Assembly: GCA_018725275.1 (NCBI GenBank)
Contig: QLUC01000002.1
Coordinates: forward strand, 1 to 34,369
Origin: Bacillota bacterium
GTDB lineage: Bacteria > Bacillota > UBA994
Direction of reading: 5' to 3'
DNA: 34,369 bases
Made by a program: the position numbers and the translations under genes. Under the pieces are notes generated by a model. It worked only from the letters and a program-made list of their open reading frames with translations, was not told the DNA's origin and did no database searches. Below are positions 8,872 to 17,844 of the stretch, one piece after another (the first letter of the stretch is position 1; each line of letters begins with the position of its first letter).

Positions 8872-9846
8872 GTGAATGGTAAGGACTTGCATTTGCGCAC
8901 ACTGGTCATTGATAGCCATTGTGACACCTTGATGAGGGTCATCGGCCAGCGACCATTCAAACTCTCTCAAGAACATACAGACGGGCACGTAGACATTCCT
9001 CGCCTCCGTCAAGGTGGTATAGGGCTACAGTTTTTTGCGGCATATATCGAGCCCGAGTATAAGCCCCTGAAGGCGACTAGGCGGGCGCTACAATTTTTCG
9101 ATGGGTTCTACCGTGAGCTCGATGCTAATCCGCATGATTTGCGACACGTTTTGTCCCATGCCGACATTGAGCTGGCCCGCCGGGAAAATAAGATAGGCGT
9201 CCTCCTATCGGTGGAGGGCGGGGAAGCACTCGAAGGTGATTTAGGCGTTTTACGAATGTTTTACCGCTTAGGGGTGCGCTCCATAGGTTTGACGTGGAAC
9301 GAGCGCAACCAAATTGCTGAAGGTGTAGGAGATTGTCGCAGCGGGGGTGGCCTTACCGACTTTGGTGTCAGCGTCATCAAAGAAATGGACCGTCTTGGCA
9401 TGATCATTGACGTTTCGCATCTGTCCGAACCTGGGTACATGGATGTCCTCGCCGTGAGTAAAAACCCCATAATTGCCTCGCACAGCAATGCTCGTTCTTG
9501 CTGTGACCATGTGCGCAATTTAACCGATCATCAGATTCTGGCTTTACAGAGAAATGGGGGAGTGATGGGCATAAATTTTGCCTCCCAATTTGTGAAGCAC
9601 GGCGAAAAGGCGACCATAGCGCACGTAGTCGACCATATGGTCCACATCGCCAGCCTAGTCGGGTGTGACCATATTGGTATCGGTGCGGATTACGATGGCA
9701 TTAGTAGAACACCCATTGGCTTAGAAGATGTCGCTAAGTTGCCGTACTTGACCGAGGCCATGATGGCCCGTGGTTTCTCAGACGATGAGATTGTAGCGAT
9801 ACTTGGCGGCAATTATCTGCGCGTGCTATCGGTAGTACTAGGCTAG
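8872..9846 (+). CDS. Membrane-dipeptidase-family (peptidase M19) dipeptidase
   Basis: M19 signatures DSHCDTL, GLTWNERN, IIDVSHLS, ASHSNAR, HIGIGADYDG. GTG start follows a GAGGAGGA RBS. Confidence 0.88.
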   Translation: MNGKDLHLRTLVIDSHCDTLMRVIGQRPFKLSQEHTDGHVDIPRLRQGGIGLQFFAAYIEPEYKPLKATRRALQFFDGFYRELDANPHDLRHVLSHADIELARRENKIGVLLSVEGGEALEGDLGVLRMFYRLGVRSIGLTWNERNQIAEGVGDCRSGGGLTDFGVSVIKEMDRLGMIIDVSHLSEPGYMDVLAVSKNPIIASHSNARSCCDHVRNLTDHQILALQRNGGVMGINFASQFVKHGEKATIAHVVDHMVHIASLVGCDHIGIGADYDGISRTPIGLEDVAKLPYLTEAMMARGFSDDEIVAILGGNYLRVLSVVLG

Positions 9847-9877
9847 CTTTTCGGCTCGCCCTCCCGCGAAAAAAATG

Positions 9878-9906
9878 TTGAATAGTGCGGTGAGGTATGA
9901 GATACT
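9878..9906 (+). promoter_or_regulatory. Candidate sigma-A promoter of the GntR/oxidoreductase/gdh transcription unit (TTGAAT-17 nt-GATACT)
   Basis: TTGAAT at 9878-9883 and GATACT at 9901-9906 with a 17-nt spacer, immediately upstream of the palindromic operator candidate. Confidence 0.4.
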
Positions 9907-9907
9907 G

Positions 9908-9933
9908 TAATGGATTAATGGACTAGTCCATTA
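9908..9933. promoter_or_regulatory. Operator candidate: 18-bp perfect palindrome TAATGGACT/AGTCCATTA preceded by a third direct half-site TAATGGA
   Basis: Bases 9916-9933 are perfectly self-complementary, and 9908-9914 repeats TAATGGA in direct orientation. The site lies between the putative -10 and the GntR-family gene start (9957). Confidence 0.5.
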
Positions 9934-9956
9934 GGTATGAAGGTGGGTTTACACTG

Positions 9957-10940
9957 ATGGTGGCAATAGAACTGCGCAGAAAATCAGGAGTTCCCCTTTA
10001 CGTTCAGCTGAAGGAGCGCATTAGGCAGCAGGTGGTGACCGGGGCCTGGTCTCCGGGGTTTAAGCTACCTACGGAGCGCGAATTGTCGACGTTACTGTCT
10101 GTCAGCCGCAATACTGTCAGCCAAGCGTATCAGGAATTAGAGACTGAGGGCATCCTAGTGTCACTCCAAGGTAAGGGTACCTACTTGGCAGAGGCGGACT
10201 TTAGTACCTTAAATGCCAGTCGGTTTCATCGCCTAAAGGCCATCGTTGATCAGGCACTGGCCTATTCTCTGCAAGAGGGTTTTGACTGTGATGAGTTTAG
10301 GGAAGTCGCCAATCATCAGGCTCTCGAAAAACAACGCTTGCTCAGTGAAGTCCGCATCGTTTTTGTCGAATGCAATAGGGAGCAAGTGGACTATTTCTCC
10401 ACGCAATTAGCCCTCGGGAGTGGCATTCGGATTGCGCCCCTCTTGCTAGAAGAATTGCTGTCGCCGACCCCTGTCGTCCATCGATTAATCGAGGAAGCCG
10501 AAATCGTTGTGACCACCTTTTTTCACGAGAAAGAAGTTAGGTTGGCGATCGGACAGGACAAGCAATTAGTAGCCGTAGCACTAGACCCTCAGCTGGAGAC
10601 GGTAGTCCGCATCGCTAGGATTCCACGCAACAAAAAGCTTGCTCTCATCTGCATATCTCCGGTTTTTGCGGAAAAGGTGCAGGCTTCCTTAATCGCTGCA
10701 GGGGTAGAACATAGCTTAATCGTCGCGACACAGGCCGATGATGAGCACAGCTTACAAAAAAAACTCAATGAATCTGATATCTTGTTGGTCTCCCCAGGAC
10801 GTAAGCGCGAGGTGGTCGCACTTTGCCCACTTGGTAAGGAGATTATTGAATTTGTCTATCGTCCTGACCTAGGCTCTAGCAACCTCTTGCAAAACGCAAT
10901 TTTACGGCTCCGAGAAGGAGGTTTAGAAAGCCGTTATTAG
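9957..10940 (+). CDS. GntR-family transcriptional regulator with a long (about 250 aa) unclassified C-terminal domain
   Basis: N-terminal GntR wHTH: PLYVQLKERIRQQVVTGAWSPGFKLPTERELSTLLSVSRNTVSQAYQELETEGILVSLQGKGTYL. GAAGGTGGG RBS lies before ATG 9957. Confidence 0.85.
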   Translation: MVAIELRRKSGVPLYVQLKERIRQQVVTGAWSPGFKLPTERELSTLLSVSRNTVSQAYQELETEGILVSLQGKGTYLAEADFSTLNASRFHRLKAIVDQALAYSLQEGFDCDEFREVANHQALEKQRLLSEVRIVFVECNREQVDYFSTQLALGSGIRIAPLLLEELLSPTPVVHRLIEEAEIVVTTFFHEKEVRLAIGQDKQLVAVALDPQLETVVRIARIPRNKKLALICISPVFAEKVQASLIAAGVEHSLIVATQADDEHSLQKKLNESDILLVSPGRKREVVALCPLGKEIIEFVYRPDLGSSNLLQNAILRLREGGLESRY

Positions 10941-10977
10941 CACGAAAGTAATTACTGACAAAGGGGTGTGACAATTG

Positions 10978-11664
10978 ATGAATAGTAAACCCTACCGTGT
11001 AGTACCCGGCCCCGAAGGCTTACTTCCCCCTGCAGCTGCAACTTGCGGCATTGTTTTGCCCGAGAAGGGAGAGGGCCTTGTTCTAGGCTCACTGCAAAGT
11101 GAACAGGAGACCTTGCTGGTGATGGCTCGTGAACTGTTGACCCGCAAAAATCCCACCATCTTCCCCGGCCCCTTGGTGCTTTGGGCCTGGAAAGAGGGAG
11201 TTGCCGAGAAGGCAGCGAGCGTGCTGGAGTTAGCGGACGAAATACCTGGGGTGCGCATTATTCCCATGCCAGATTATCGGCCAATTTACCCAAAAATAGA
11301 CCCGGAAGCAGTTATTAACCCCTGCCATCCCAATCTGACCATTTGGCACAATAAAATTGAGGTATGTGTCTTTGTTGGCGTTCACTGCCACTTTGCCAAT
11401 ATCACCTTGAAGATGATCAGAGCGGGCACCAATTGCTACACCATCACTCTCTGTCATGAGGCAGGTCATGAGGATTCTATGGCCTCACTGCCATTCTGTG
11501 GTGCGGACCAGGTGCGCGCGCTAACCGAGGCCATTAGGCAACTGAAGCGCGAGGGCTTGCGCCCCAGGTATGCTGACACGCCCGGAATACAACTGACTCC
11601 AACGCAACAGACAGTGTTAAGTGGTCTGGCCTGGCAACACGGCGATGGCGCATTGGCCGAGTAG
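10978..11664 (+). CDS. Hypothetical protein, possibly CdhB-like (CO dehydrogenase beta / ACDS epsilon, Pfam CO_dh-type fold); candidate accessory subunit of the downstream oxidoreductase
   Basis: Clean ORF with an AAAGGGGTG RBS, ending 10 nt before the alpha-subunit start. By eye, the layout RKNPTIFPGP...IPGVRIIPMP...INPCHPNLTIW...VCVFVGVHCHFANITLKMIR...TITLC...HEDSMASL resembles CdhB-family proteins. The function call rests on this unaided comparison only. Confidence 0.55.
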   Translation: MNSKPYRVVPGPEGLLPPAAATCGIVLPEKGEGLVLGSLQSEQETLLVMARELLTRKNPTIFPGPLVLWAWKEGVAEKAASVLELADEIPGVRIIPMPDYRPIYPKIDPEAVINPCHPNLTIWHNKIEVCVFVGVHCHFANITLKMIRAGTNCYTITLCHEAGHEDSMASLPFCGADQVRALTEAIRQLKREGLRPRYADTPGIQLTPTQQTVLSGLAWQHGDGALAE

Positions 11665-11674
11665 AGAGGAGTAC

Positions 11675-12844
11675 ATGATGGAAAAGCATGCGAAACAACG
11701 CGTAGTTTCACCGGAATACATGTTCTTTGAAGCACCGCGCACGCGCCATTTTATAACCGGCAGCGAAGCCGCCAGCGAGGCGGTGCGCAGAGCGAATCTA
11801 GATATTGCCATAGCTTATCCCATTACGCCACAAAGCGAAACCATGCAGCGCGTTGGCGATCTCTTTGGCGAGGGCTTCCTCAAAGATTATTATCGGGCCG
11901 AAGATGAAATCGGGGCATTCTCGGCGATTTCCGGTGCCTCTCGGACAGGAGTCCGTTGCCTTACTGCTTCTTCCGGTCCCGGGCTCATGCGTGGTTTAGA
12001 GGTTATTGCGTCCTGGCCGGGGCACCGTCTTCCGCTGGTCTTCCTCATTATGTGTCGCGTAATTAATGCTCCGCTCTCCATTCAACCAGACAATCTAGAA
12101 CTAGCCTACATGCTCAACACAGGTAGCGTCCTTTTTCATGCCGAAAACCAACAGGACTTTTTTGACTACACCTTGGCCTCATTCATCATCTCGGAAAAAT
12201 GCGAAGTTACGCTACCTGTTTCGGTAGCAGTAGATGGCTTTTTCGTCACTCATGCGCGAGGCTGGGTAGAGATGCCGTCGGCTGAACTCAAACTCCCGGG
12301 GCGTGACTGTTACAACGAGGCCGTGCCAATGATTGACAACGAGAACCCGCCAATTCGCATTGCCCGCGATGCACCAATACAAAAGAGTAATTTTATCAGT
12401 TACCAAATGCATGCCGCTTGGCAGCAAGAAATTCACGCCGCCCAAGAGCGCTCCCGTCGTTGGATCACTCGCTACATGGGAGGACTCTTAGAAATAACTA
12501 ATCCCGATGCCGAAACCATAATTATTGCCTCCGGCAGCGCTGTGTCGCAATCTCGTGAGGCTCTCCGGCAAGCCCAAGACATGGGACATCAGGTCGGTCT
12601 CATCAAGATCAAGTCGTTGCGGCCGTTTCCCGTTCAGGAGTTAAGGCAGGCTTGCCAGCATGCTAAGCGCATTATAGTGCCGGAGTTCAACTGCGTTGGG
12701 TGGCTGAATCGCGAAGTGAGAGCAACGCTTTATGGCCATACAGAAGCAGAGATTGCCGATGGCCCGCGCGTCTATGGCGGCATCACCATGCCTACAGAGA
12801 TGATCCTCGAGTGGTTACTAGATGCCGAAAAGGGTGGGCAGTAG
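11675..12844 (+). CDS. 2-oxoacid:ferredoxin oxidoreductase, alpha subunit (context suggests 2-oxoglutarate-specific)
   Basis: ITGSEAASEAVRRANLDIAIAYPITPQSE...SGPGLMRGLE is typical of POR/KOR/VOR alpha subunits. AGAGAGGAG RBS, with ATG at 11675 or 11678; the track start 11621 overlaps the upstream gene. Confidence 0.9.
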   Translation: MMEKHAKQRVVSPEYMFFEAPRTRHFITGSEAASEAVRRANLDIAIAYPITPQSETMQRVGDLFGEGFLKDYYRAEDEIGAFSAISGASRTGVRCLTASSGPGLMRGLEVIASWPGHRLPLVFLIMCRVINAPLSIQPDNLELAYMLNTGSVLFHAENQQDFFDYTLASFIISEKCEVTLPVSVAVDGFFVTHARGWVEMPSAELKLPGRDCYNEAVPMIDNENPPIRIARDAPIQKSNFISYQMHAAWQQEIHAAQERSRRWITRYMGGLLEITNPDAETIIIASGSAVSQSREALRQAQDMGHQVGLIKIKSLRPFPVQELRQACQHAKRIIVPEFNCVGWLNREVRATLYGHTEAEIADGPRVYGGITMPTEMILEWLLDAEKGGQ

Positions 12845-12884
12845 CCATGACAAAGAGAAAGTCCATAAAGAGAGGCGTTTTGAT

Positions 12885-13742
12885 ATGGCATTAAGAACAC
12901 TAAATGTTGCCCCTGGTTTCATGCGCTTTATGCCCAAGGAATATCAGGACTTGGTAGAAAAGGGCCCTTTCGGACGCCAGATCAAGGTGACGGACCTAGG
13001 TACATTTAAGGAAGTTCTCGAAGAGCACCCGATGTGTGAGGGTTGCGCTATGGCATTTTTTATCCGTCTATCGCTTGCGGCCTTACCTAACCCCGAGCAT
13101 ACGGTTATGGTTGGTACAGCAGGATGTGGAAGGCTAGCTATATCGCAAGCCGCGATCCCCTTCGTCTACGGCAATTACTGTGACACCAATGGAGTGGCCA
13201 CCGGACTCAAGCGGGGGTTGCAAATTCGTTTCCCAGGGCAACACAAGGATGTCGTGGTGATGGCGGGTGACGGCGGTCTCTCCGATATCGGCTTTTCCCA
13301 AGTCATGCACTCTTGGTTTCGCAAGGAGAAGTTCACCACCATCATGCTCGACAATGAGGTCTATGGGAATACAGGCGGGCAGGAGAGTGGTATGACGCGT
13401 AAAGGCGAAGTAGTGAAAATGGCACCCTTGGGCAAGCAATTTGAAAAAATCGACATGCTTGGTCTCGCCCAGACATCAGGTGTCGCCTACATCGCACGTC
13501 TCACCCCCACTAACCCCAGTCGAGTTTTCAGTACCATCCGCAAAGCAGTCTTGATCGCGCGAGAGGTCGGCCCCACCTACGTCCAGGCCTATACCTCCTG
13601 CAATATTGAATATTCCATAGCCCCAGAAAAAGTGCTCGACGATGCTCGTCAGGTAGAAAAAGAGCGCTATGGATTTGTGGAAATCATGAGTGATGAAGCC
13701 AAAGCATACCTAGAGAGAATAGACGCGGAAAGTAAGGCCTAA
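12885..13742 (+). CDS. 2-oxoacid:ferredoxin oxidoreductase, beta (thiamine diphosphate-binding) subunit
   Basis: CEGCA..., GTAGCG and the TPP motif GDGGLSDIG...MLDNEVYGNTGGQ. ATG 12885 (MALRTLNV...) follows AAAGAGAGG and is preferred over the track start 12822. Confidence 0.9.
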   Translation: MALRTLNVAPGFMRFMPKEYQDLVEKGPFGRQIKVTDLGTFKEVLEEHPMCEGCAMAFFIRLSLAALPNPEHTVMVGTAGCGRLAISQAAIPFVYGNYCDTNGVATGLKRGLQIRFPGQHKDVVVMAGDGGLSDIGFSQVMHSWFRKEKFTTIMLDNEVYGNTGGQESGMTRKGEVVKMAPLGKQFEKIDMLGLAQTSGVAYIARLTPTNPSRVFSTIRKAVLIAREVGPTYVQAYTSCNIEYSIAPEKVLDDARQVEKERYGFVEIMSDEAKAYLERIDAESKA

Positions 13743-13791
13743 CTAGCGTGAGCTCGCCGCGTACCATGGGTAGCATATAGGAGGAGTGGGC

Positions 13792-14496
13792 ATGAGAAGA
13801 TACAACATTCGCATGGCTGGTGTTGGTGGACAGGGCGTGGTGACAGCTTCCCATGTTCTCAGCAACGGCGTTATCCTGAGTGGGGGGGAGAGCACGATTG
13901 TTCCCTTTTTCGGCTCAGAAAAGCGCATGGCGCCGGTGGAGAGCTATGTCCGTATAGCTGAAAACCAGCTGTACGAAATAGGAGAGATCCTCTACCCTAA
14001 TTTCATCGCGATTTTTCACAGCCAAGTAATAACCCATGGCAAATCATATACCATGCCGTTTTATTCAGGACTTAAGGACGATTCGGCAATTCTCATCAAT
14101 GCACATCATCCCTTGCCTCTAAGCGATGATGAGAAGAGGGAACTCTGTGAAAAGCGGGCCAGGGTCTACTATTTGCCGGCCATGCAAATAGCATTAAAGC
14201 ATGCCGGAACCGAGGTGGCAACCAACATGGCTATGCTCGGTGCATTATGTGCCATTATTGGTGTGCCTGACCTCGCATCTTTAGAGAAAGCTGTCGGCGA
14301 GCGCTTTCTTGGCAAAGGATTTGTGGCCTCAGGGGGCACTGCCTCGCTCGACAAAGCCATGGAAAAGCAGTTCACTCATAAGTTTGAGCTGGTACAAAAG
14401 AACATGGAAGCTATTCATGCGGCGTATGATTTTGCGGTACAGCATGGTTGGGCACAGGCCCATTCCAAGGAGAGTGACCTAGCATGTATAAAATAG
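13792..14496 (+). CDS. 2-oxoacid:ferredoxin oxidoreductase, gamma subunit
   Basis: YNIRMAGVGGQGVVTASHVL is the hallmark N-terminus of OFOR gamma subunits. TAGGAGGAG RBS precedes ATG 13792. Confidence 0.9.
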   Translation: MRRYNIRMAGVGGQGVVTASHVLSNGVILSGGESTIVPFFGSEKRMAPVESYVRIAENQLYEIGEILYPNFIAIFHSQVITHGKSYTMPFYSGLKDDSAILINAHHPLPLSDDEKRELCEKRARVYYLPAMQIALKHAGTEVATNMAMLGALCAIIGVPDLASLEKAVGERFLGKGFVASGGTASLDKAMEKQFTHKFELVQKNMEAIHAAYDFAVQHGWAQAHSKESDLACIK

Positions 14497-14750
14497 CCCA
14501 AGTTGATGCTGCAAAGTGCAGCGCGACCAATTGTCGCCTGTGCACCCTCTACTGCCCGGAACCGAATACCTTGCTTTATGATGAAAAGCGTAAGACCACC
14601 TTTGTCGCCATTGACCGCTGCAAGGGTTGCGGAGCATGCGTCAGAATTTGTACAGATATTGCTAAGCGCAGTTGCATCAAGATGGTCCCCGTCGGGGATG
14701 TGCAGAACGGGTTCGAAATGTCTAAGTACGGTTTTCCAAATAAGGAATAG
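14484..14750 (+). CDS. 2-oxoacid:ferredoxin oxidoreductase, delta subunit (2x[4Fe-4S] ferredoxin-type)
   Basis: Two cluster motifs, CSATNCRLCTLYCP and CKGCGACVRIC. Overlaps the end of the gamma gene by 13 nt; AAGGAGAG RBS. Confidence 0.88.
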   Translation: MYKIAQVDAAKCSATNCRLCTLYCPEPNTLLYDEKRKTTFVAIDRCKGCGACVRICTDIAKRSCIKMVPVGDVQNGFEMSKYGFPNKE

Positions 14751-14780
14751 GACTAAATTTTACAGGGGAGGTAATGATTA

Positions 14781-16031
14781 ATGTCGACAGAAAATCTGAA
14801 CGTGTTTGAACAAGTGCAGGTGCAGATAAAAGAAGCCTGCGATCTCCTTGGGTTGGACAACAGCTACTACGAAATTCTTAAAACGCCTCAAAGGGCCATG
14901 GAAGTATCTATCCCGGTGCGCATGGATGATGGCTCGGTGAAAACCTTTAGCGGCTATCGCTCCCAGCATAACACTGCCAATGGTCCTGCCAAGGGGGGAA
15001 TCCGCTTTCACCAGGATGTCACATTCGATGAAGTAAAGACGCTTTCCATGTGGATGACCTTTAAGTGTGCCGTTATCGGCTTACCCTATGGCGGCGGCAA
15101 AGGTGGCATCACCGTTGATCCGACAAAGTTGTCTATGGGCGAAAAAGAGCGCTTGGCAAGGGGCTTCGTGCGGAAGCTAGGGGATTTTATTGGTCCCGAG
15201 ATCGATATTCCTGCCCCCGACGTCAACACCAATCCCCAGATCATGGCTTGGATGGTTGACGAGTATAATGCCATGCGCGGCTACAACAACCCCGGCGTCA
15301 TCACCGGAAAACCCGTCCTCATCGGTGGGTCGCTCGGGCGCACCGAGGCTACGGGACGGGGCGTAGTGATTACCACCCGTGAAGCGTGTGCCGCCTTGAA
15401 GATCGATCTAAAGGGTGCTAAGGTTGCAGTCCACGGCTACGGCAATGTCGGTAGCTTCGCCGGTCTCTACCTCCATGAAATGGGCTCCAAAGTGGTGGCT
15501 GCCTTCGATCTTGGTGGCGGGGCTTATCATCCCGATGGCATGGATGCCACTGTACTGCAGGACTATGTCACCAAGCACCGCACAGTTGCCGGATTCCCCG
15601 GTAGCAAGACCATCACGGCCGATGAACTATTCGCCCTTGATGTCGATATCTTGGTGCTTGCCGCCCTTGAAAACACCATCACCATGGAGAACCAACATCT
15701 AGTCAAGGCGAAGGTAGTCGCCGAGGGCGCTAATGGCCCGGTAACCACCGAGGCTGGCAAAAAAATGTTTGAGCGTGGCATTGCTATTTTGCCTGACATT
15801 CTGGCTAATGCCGGTGGCGTCACCGTTTCGTACTTTGAGTGGGTCCAGAACCTACAAAACTACTACTGGCCCCTAGACGAGGTGAACGCCAAGCTAGAAC
15901 GCAACATGGTCAACGCATTTGCTAATGTTTGGAAGATGGCCAACGACAAACGTGTTGACATGCGCACCGCCGCCTACTTGGTGGGTATCCGTAGGGTTGC
16001 CGATGCGATGAAATTGTACGGTTGGGTGTAA
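14781..16031 (+). CDS. gdh: Glutamate dehydrogenase (Glu/Leu/Phe/Val dehydrogenase family, about 416-aa type)
   Basis: Active-site region GPAKGGIRFH, KCAVIGLPYGGGKGG, dinucleotide fold VAVHGYGNVG, C-terminal SYFEWVQN. Confidence 0.95.
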   Translation: MSTENLNVFEQVQVQIKEACDLLGLDNSYYEILKTPQRAMEVSIPVRMDDGSVKTFSGYRSQHNTANGPAKGGIRFHQDVTFDEVKTLSMWMTFKCAVIGLPYGGGKGGITVDPTKLSMGEKERLARGFVRKLGDFIGPEIDIPAPDVNTNPQIMAWMVDEYNAMRGYNNPGVITGKPVLIGGSLGRTEATGRGVVITTREACAALKIDLKGAKVAVHGYGNVGSFAGLYLHEMGSKVVAAFDLGGGAYHPDGMDATVLQDYVTKHRTVAGFPGSKTITADELFALDVDILVLAALENTITMENQHLVKAKVVAEGANGPVTTEAGKKMFERGIAILPDILANAGGVTVSYFEWVQNLQNYYWPLDEVNAKLERNMVNAFANVWKMANDKRVDMRTAAYLVGIRRVADAMKLYGWV

Positions 16032-16046
16032 ATTAGTTTATTGGCT

Positions 16047-16085
16047 TGTGCCCTCCTAGTTCGGCTGGGAGGGCACAAATTTTTA
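16047..16085 (+). terminator. Rho-independent terminator after gdh
   Basis: TGTGCCCTCC ... GGAGGGCACA forms a 10-bp stem with an 11-nt loop, followed by AATTTTT. Confidence 0.8.
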
Positions 16086-16093
16086 AGAAATGG

Positions 16094-16122
16094 TTCTCGA
16101 AGTGCGACAATAATGTTAGAAT
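16094..16122 (+). promoter_or_regulatory. Candidate promoter of the mutase-decarboxylase unit (TTCTCG-17 nt-TGtTAGAAT, extended -10)
   Basis: TAGAAT at 16117-16122 preceded by TGT. The -35 (TTCTCG, 16094-16099) is weak. Located between the gdh terminator and the mutase start. Confidence 0.35.
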
Positions 16123-16174
16123 GTATACAGTATTTTCGACGGCTAGACAGAATTCCTCATAGGGAGGTTCTTTG

Positions 16175-17833
16175 ATGGACGAGCAACTACAGAAATTTTT
16201 TGAGAAATGGGACGAAAAGGCGCAGAAATCTGTGACAAAAAATCCGGAACGGAAATTAGTGTTTACTAATGCTTCTCGCCTATCTATCAAGCGCGTATAC
16301 ACCCCCCTCGATGTTGCCGGTGACTATCTAGATGATATTAATTTGCCTGGGGAGTACCCCTTCACTCGCGGAGTGCAACCTACCATGTATCGCGGCCGAT
16401 TTTGGACCATGCGGCAGTATGCGGGCATGGCCAGCGCCGAGGAGTCTAACGCCCGTTACCGCTACCTATTGGAGCAGGGTCAGACGGGACTCAGCGTGGC
16501 TTTCGACCTGCCCACTCAGATTGGCTATGATTCTGATCATCCCCTTGCGGCGGGGGAAGTCGGCAAAGTCGGCGTGGCTATTGACTCTCTAGCCGATATG
16601 GAATTGTTGTTTAAGGGCATTCCTCTAGATAAGGTGAGCACCTCAATGACCATTAACGCGCCGGCGGCAGTGCTCCTGGCGATGTACATTGTTGTTGCCG
16701 AAAAGCAAGGCGTTAGTCAGGACAAGCTCGTGGGGACTATTCAGAACGACATACTCAAGGAGTACGCAGCTCGAGGAACATACATTTTCCCACCCGGGCC
16801 CAGCATGCGTCTGATTACAGATATTTTCGCCTATTGCGCCCAGCACGTGCCAGAATGGAACACCATCAGCATCAGCGGTTATCATATTCGCGAGGCGGGG
16901 TCTACGGCAGTGCAAGAAGTGGCTTTCACGTTAAGCGACGGCATTGCCTATGTCGCGGCAGCCATCTTGGCTGGTCTTGATGTAGATGATTTTGCTCCGC
17001 GACTATCATTCTTCTTTAACTCGCACGTCGACTTCTTCGAGGAAGTGGCTAAATTTCGAGCCGCACGCCGCCTGTGGGCCAAAATCATGAAGGAGCGCTT
17101 TCAAGCGAAGAATCCACGCTCCATGATGCTTCGGTTCCATACGCAGACAGGTGGGTCGACGTTAACGGCGCAGCAACCGGACAACAATGTCGTCAGGGTG
17201 ACCCTGCAAGCGCTGGCAGCCGTCCTTGGCGGCACCCAATCCCTGCATACCAACTCTCGTGATGAAGCTTTAGCCTTGCCAACGGAAGACTCGGTCCGCA
17301 TAGCCCTAAGGACCCAGCAAATCATCGCCTTCGAAAGCGGAGTGGCCGATACTGTTGATCCACTCGCAGGATCATACTACATCGAAAACCTCACTAATGA
17401 GATCGAGGCCGCTGCGTGGTCCCAAATTCAAAAAATCGACGCCCTTGGTGGGGCCATCGCTGCCATCGAAAAGGGATATATGCAGCGTGAAATACAGGAA
17501 TCTGCCTACGATTGGCAAATGCAAGTAGAGCGTAAAGAGCGCATCGTCGTGGGTGTCAATCAGTTTCACGTCAAGGAAGGTGCACCGCGGGGATTGCTCA
17601 GAGTAGATGCCGCGGTCGGCGAGAAACAAATACAAAGGTTGCAAGTCCTGCGGAGCCAAAGAGACAACCAACAGGTAAGAGTGACTTTAGCGCAGTTAGA
17701 GACAGACGCTAAGAGCACCGCCAACATCATGCCGTCCTTGATAGAAGCAGTACGGGCATATGCTACGCTTGGCGAAATCTGCAACTGCCTGCGCAACATT
17801 TTCGGTGAATATCATGCGGACAATCTGTTGTAG
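16175..17833 (+). CDS. Methylmalonyl-CoA mutase, large (substrate-binding TIM-barrel) subunit of a split enzyme
   Basis: [56 protein letters not shown]. The Tyr (TMY) and Arg (AARGTY) sit at the positions that distinguish methylmalonyl-CoA mutase from isobutyryl-CoA mutase. AGGGAGG RBS before ATG 16175. Confidence 0.92.
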   Translation: MDEQLQKFFEKWDEKAQKSVTKNPERKLVFTNASRLSIKRVYTPLDVAGDYLDDINLPGEYPFTRGVQPTMYRGRFWTMRQYAGMASAEESNARYRYLLEQGQTGLSVAFDLPTQIGYDSDHPLAAGEVGKVGVAIDSLADMELLFKGIPLDKVSTSMTINAPAAVLLAMYIVVAEKQGVSQDKLVGTIQNDILKEYAARGTYIFPPGPSMRLITDIFAYCAQHVPEWNTISISGYHIREAGSTAVQEVAFTLSDGIAYVAAAILAGLDVDDFAPRLSFFFNSHVDFFEEVAKFRAARRLWAKIMKERFQAKNPRSMMLRFHTQTGGSTLTAQQPDNNVVRVTLQALAAVLGGTQSLHTNSRDEALALPTEDSVRIALRTQQIIAFESGVADTVDPLAGSYYIENLTNEIEAAAWSQIQKIDALGGAIAAIEKGYMQREIQESAYDWQMQVERKERIVVGVNQFHVKEGAPRGLLRVDAAVGEKQIQRLQVLRSQRDNQQVRVTLAQLETDAKSTANIMPSLIEAVRAYATLGEICNCLRNIFGEYHADNLL

Positions 17834-17844
17834 AGAGGGGTGCA

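Noticed and set aside
11621-11674. Upstream extensions of the track ORFs for the oxidoreductase alpha (11621) and beta (12822), mutL (29783), the biotin carrier (21535) and meaB (18209).
   Set aside because: The extensions overlap the preceding genes, lack an RBS and do not match family N-termini. Internal starts with a good Shine-Dalgarno spacing were chosen instead.
14503-14781. 92-aa ORF overlapping the ferredoxin-type delta subunit in another frame.
   Set aside because: The delta-subunit frame carries two complete 4Fe-4S cysteine motifs. The alternative frame has no recognisable features and no RBS.
16086-16174. Cobalamin riboswitch upstream of the B12-dependent mutase.
   Set aside because: Only about 90 nt lie between the gdh terminator and the mutase start, which is too short for a cobalamin aptamer plus expression platform, and I saw no B12-box-like element.
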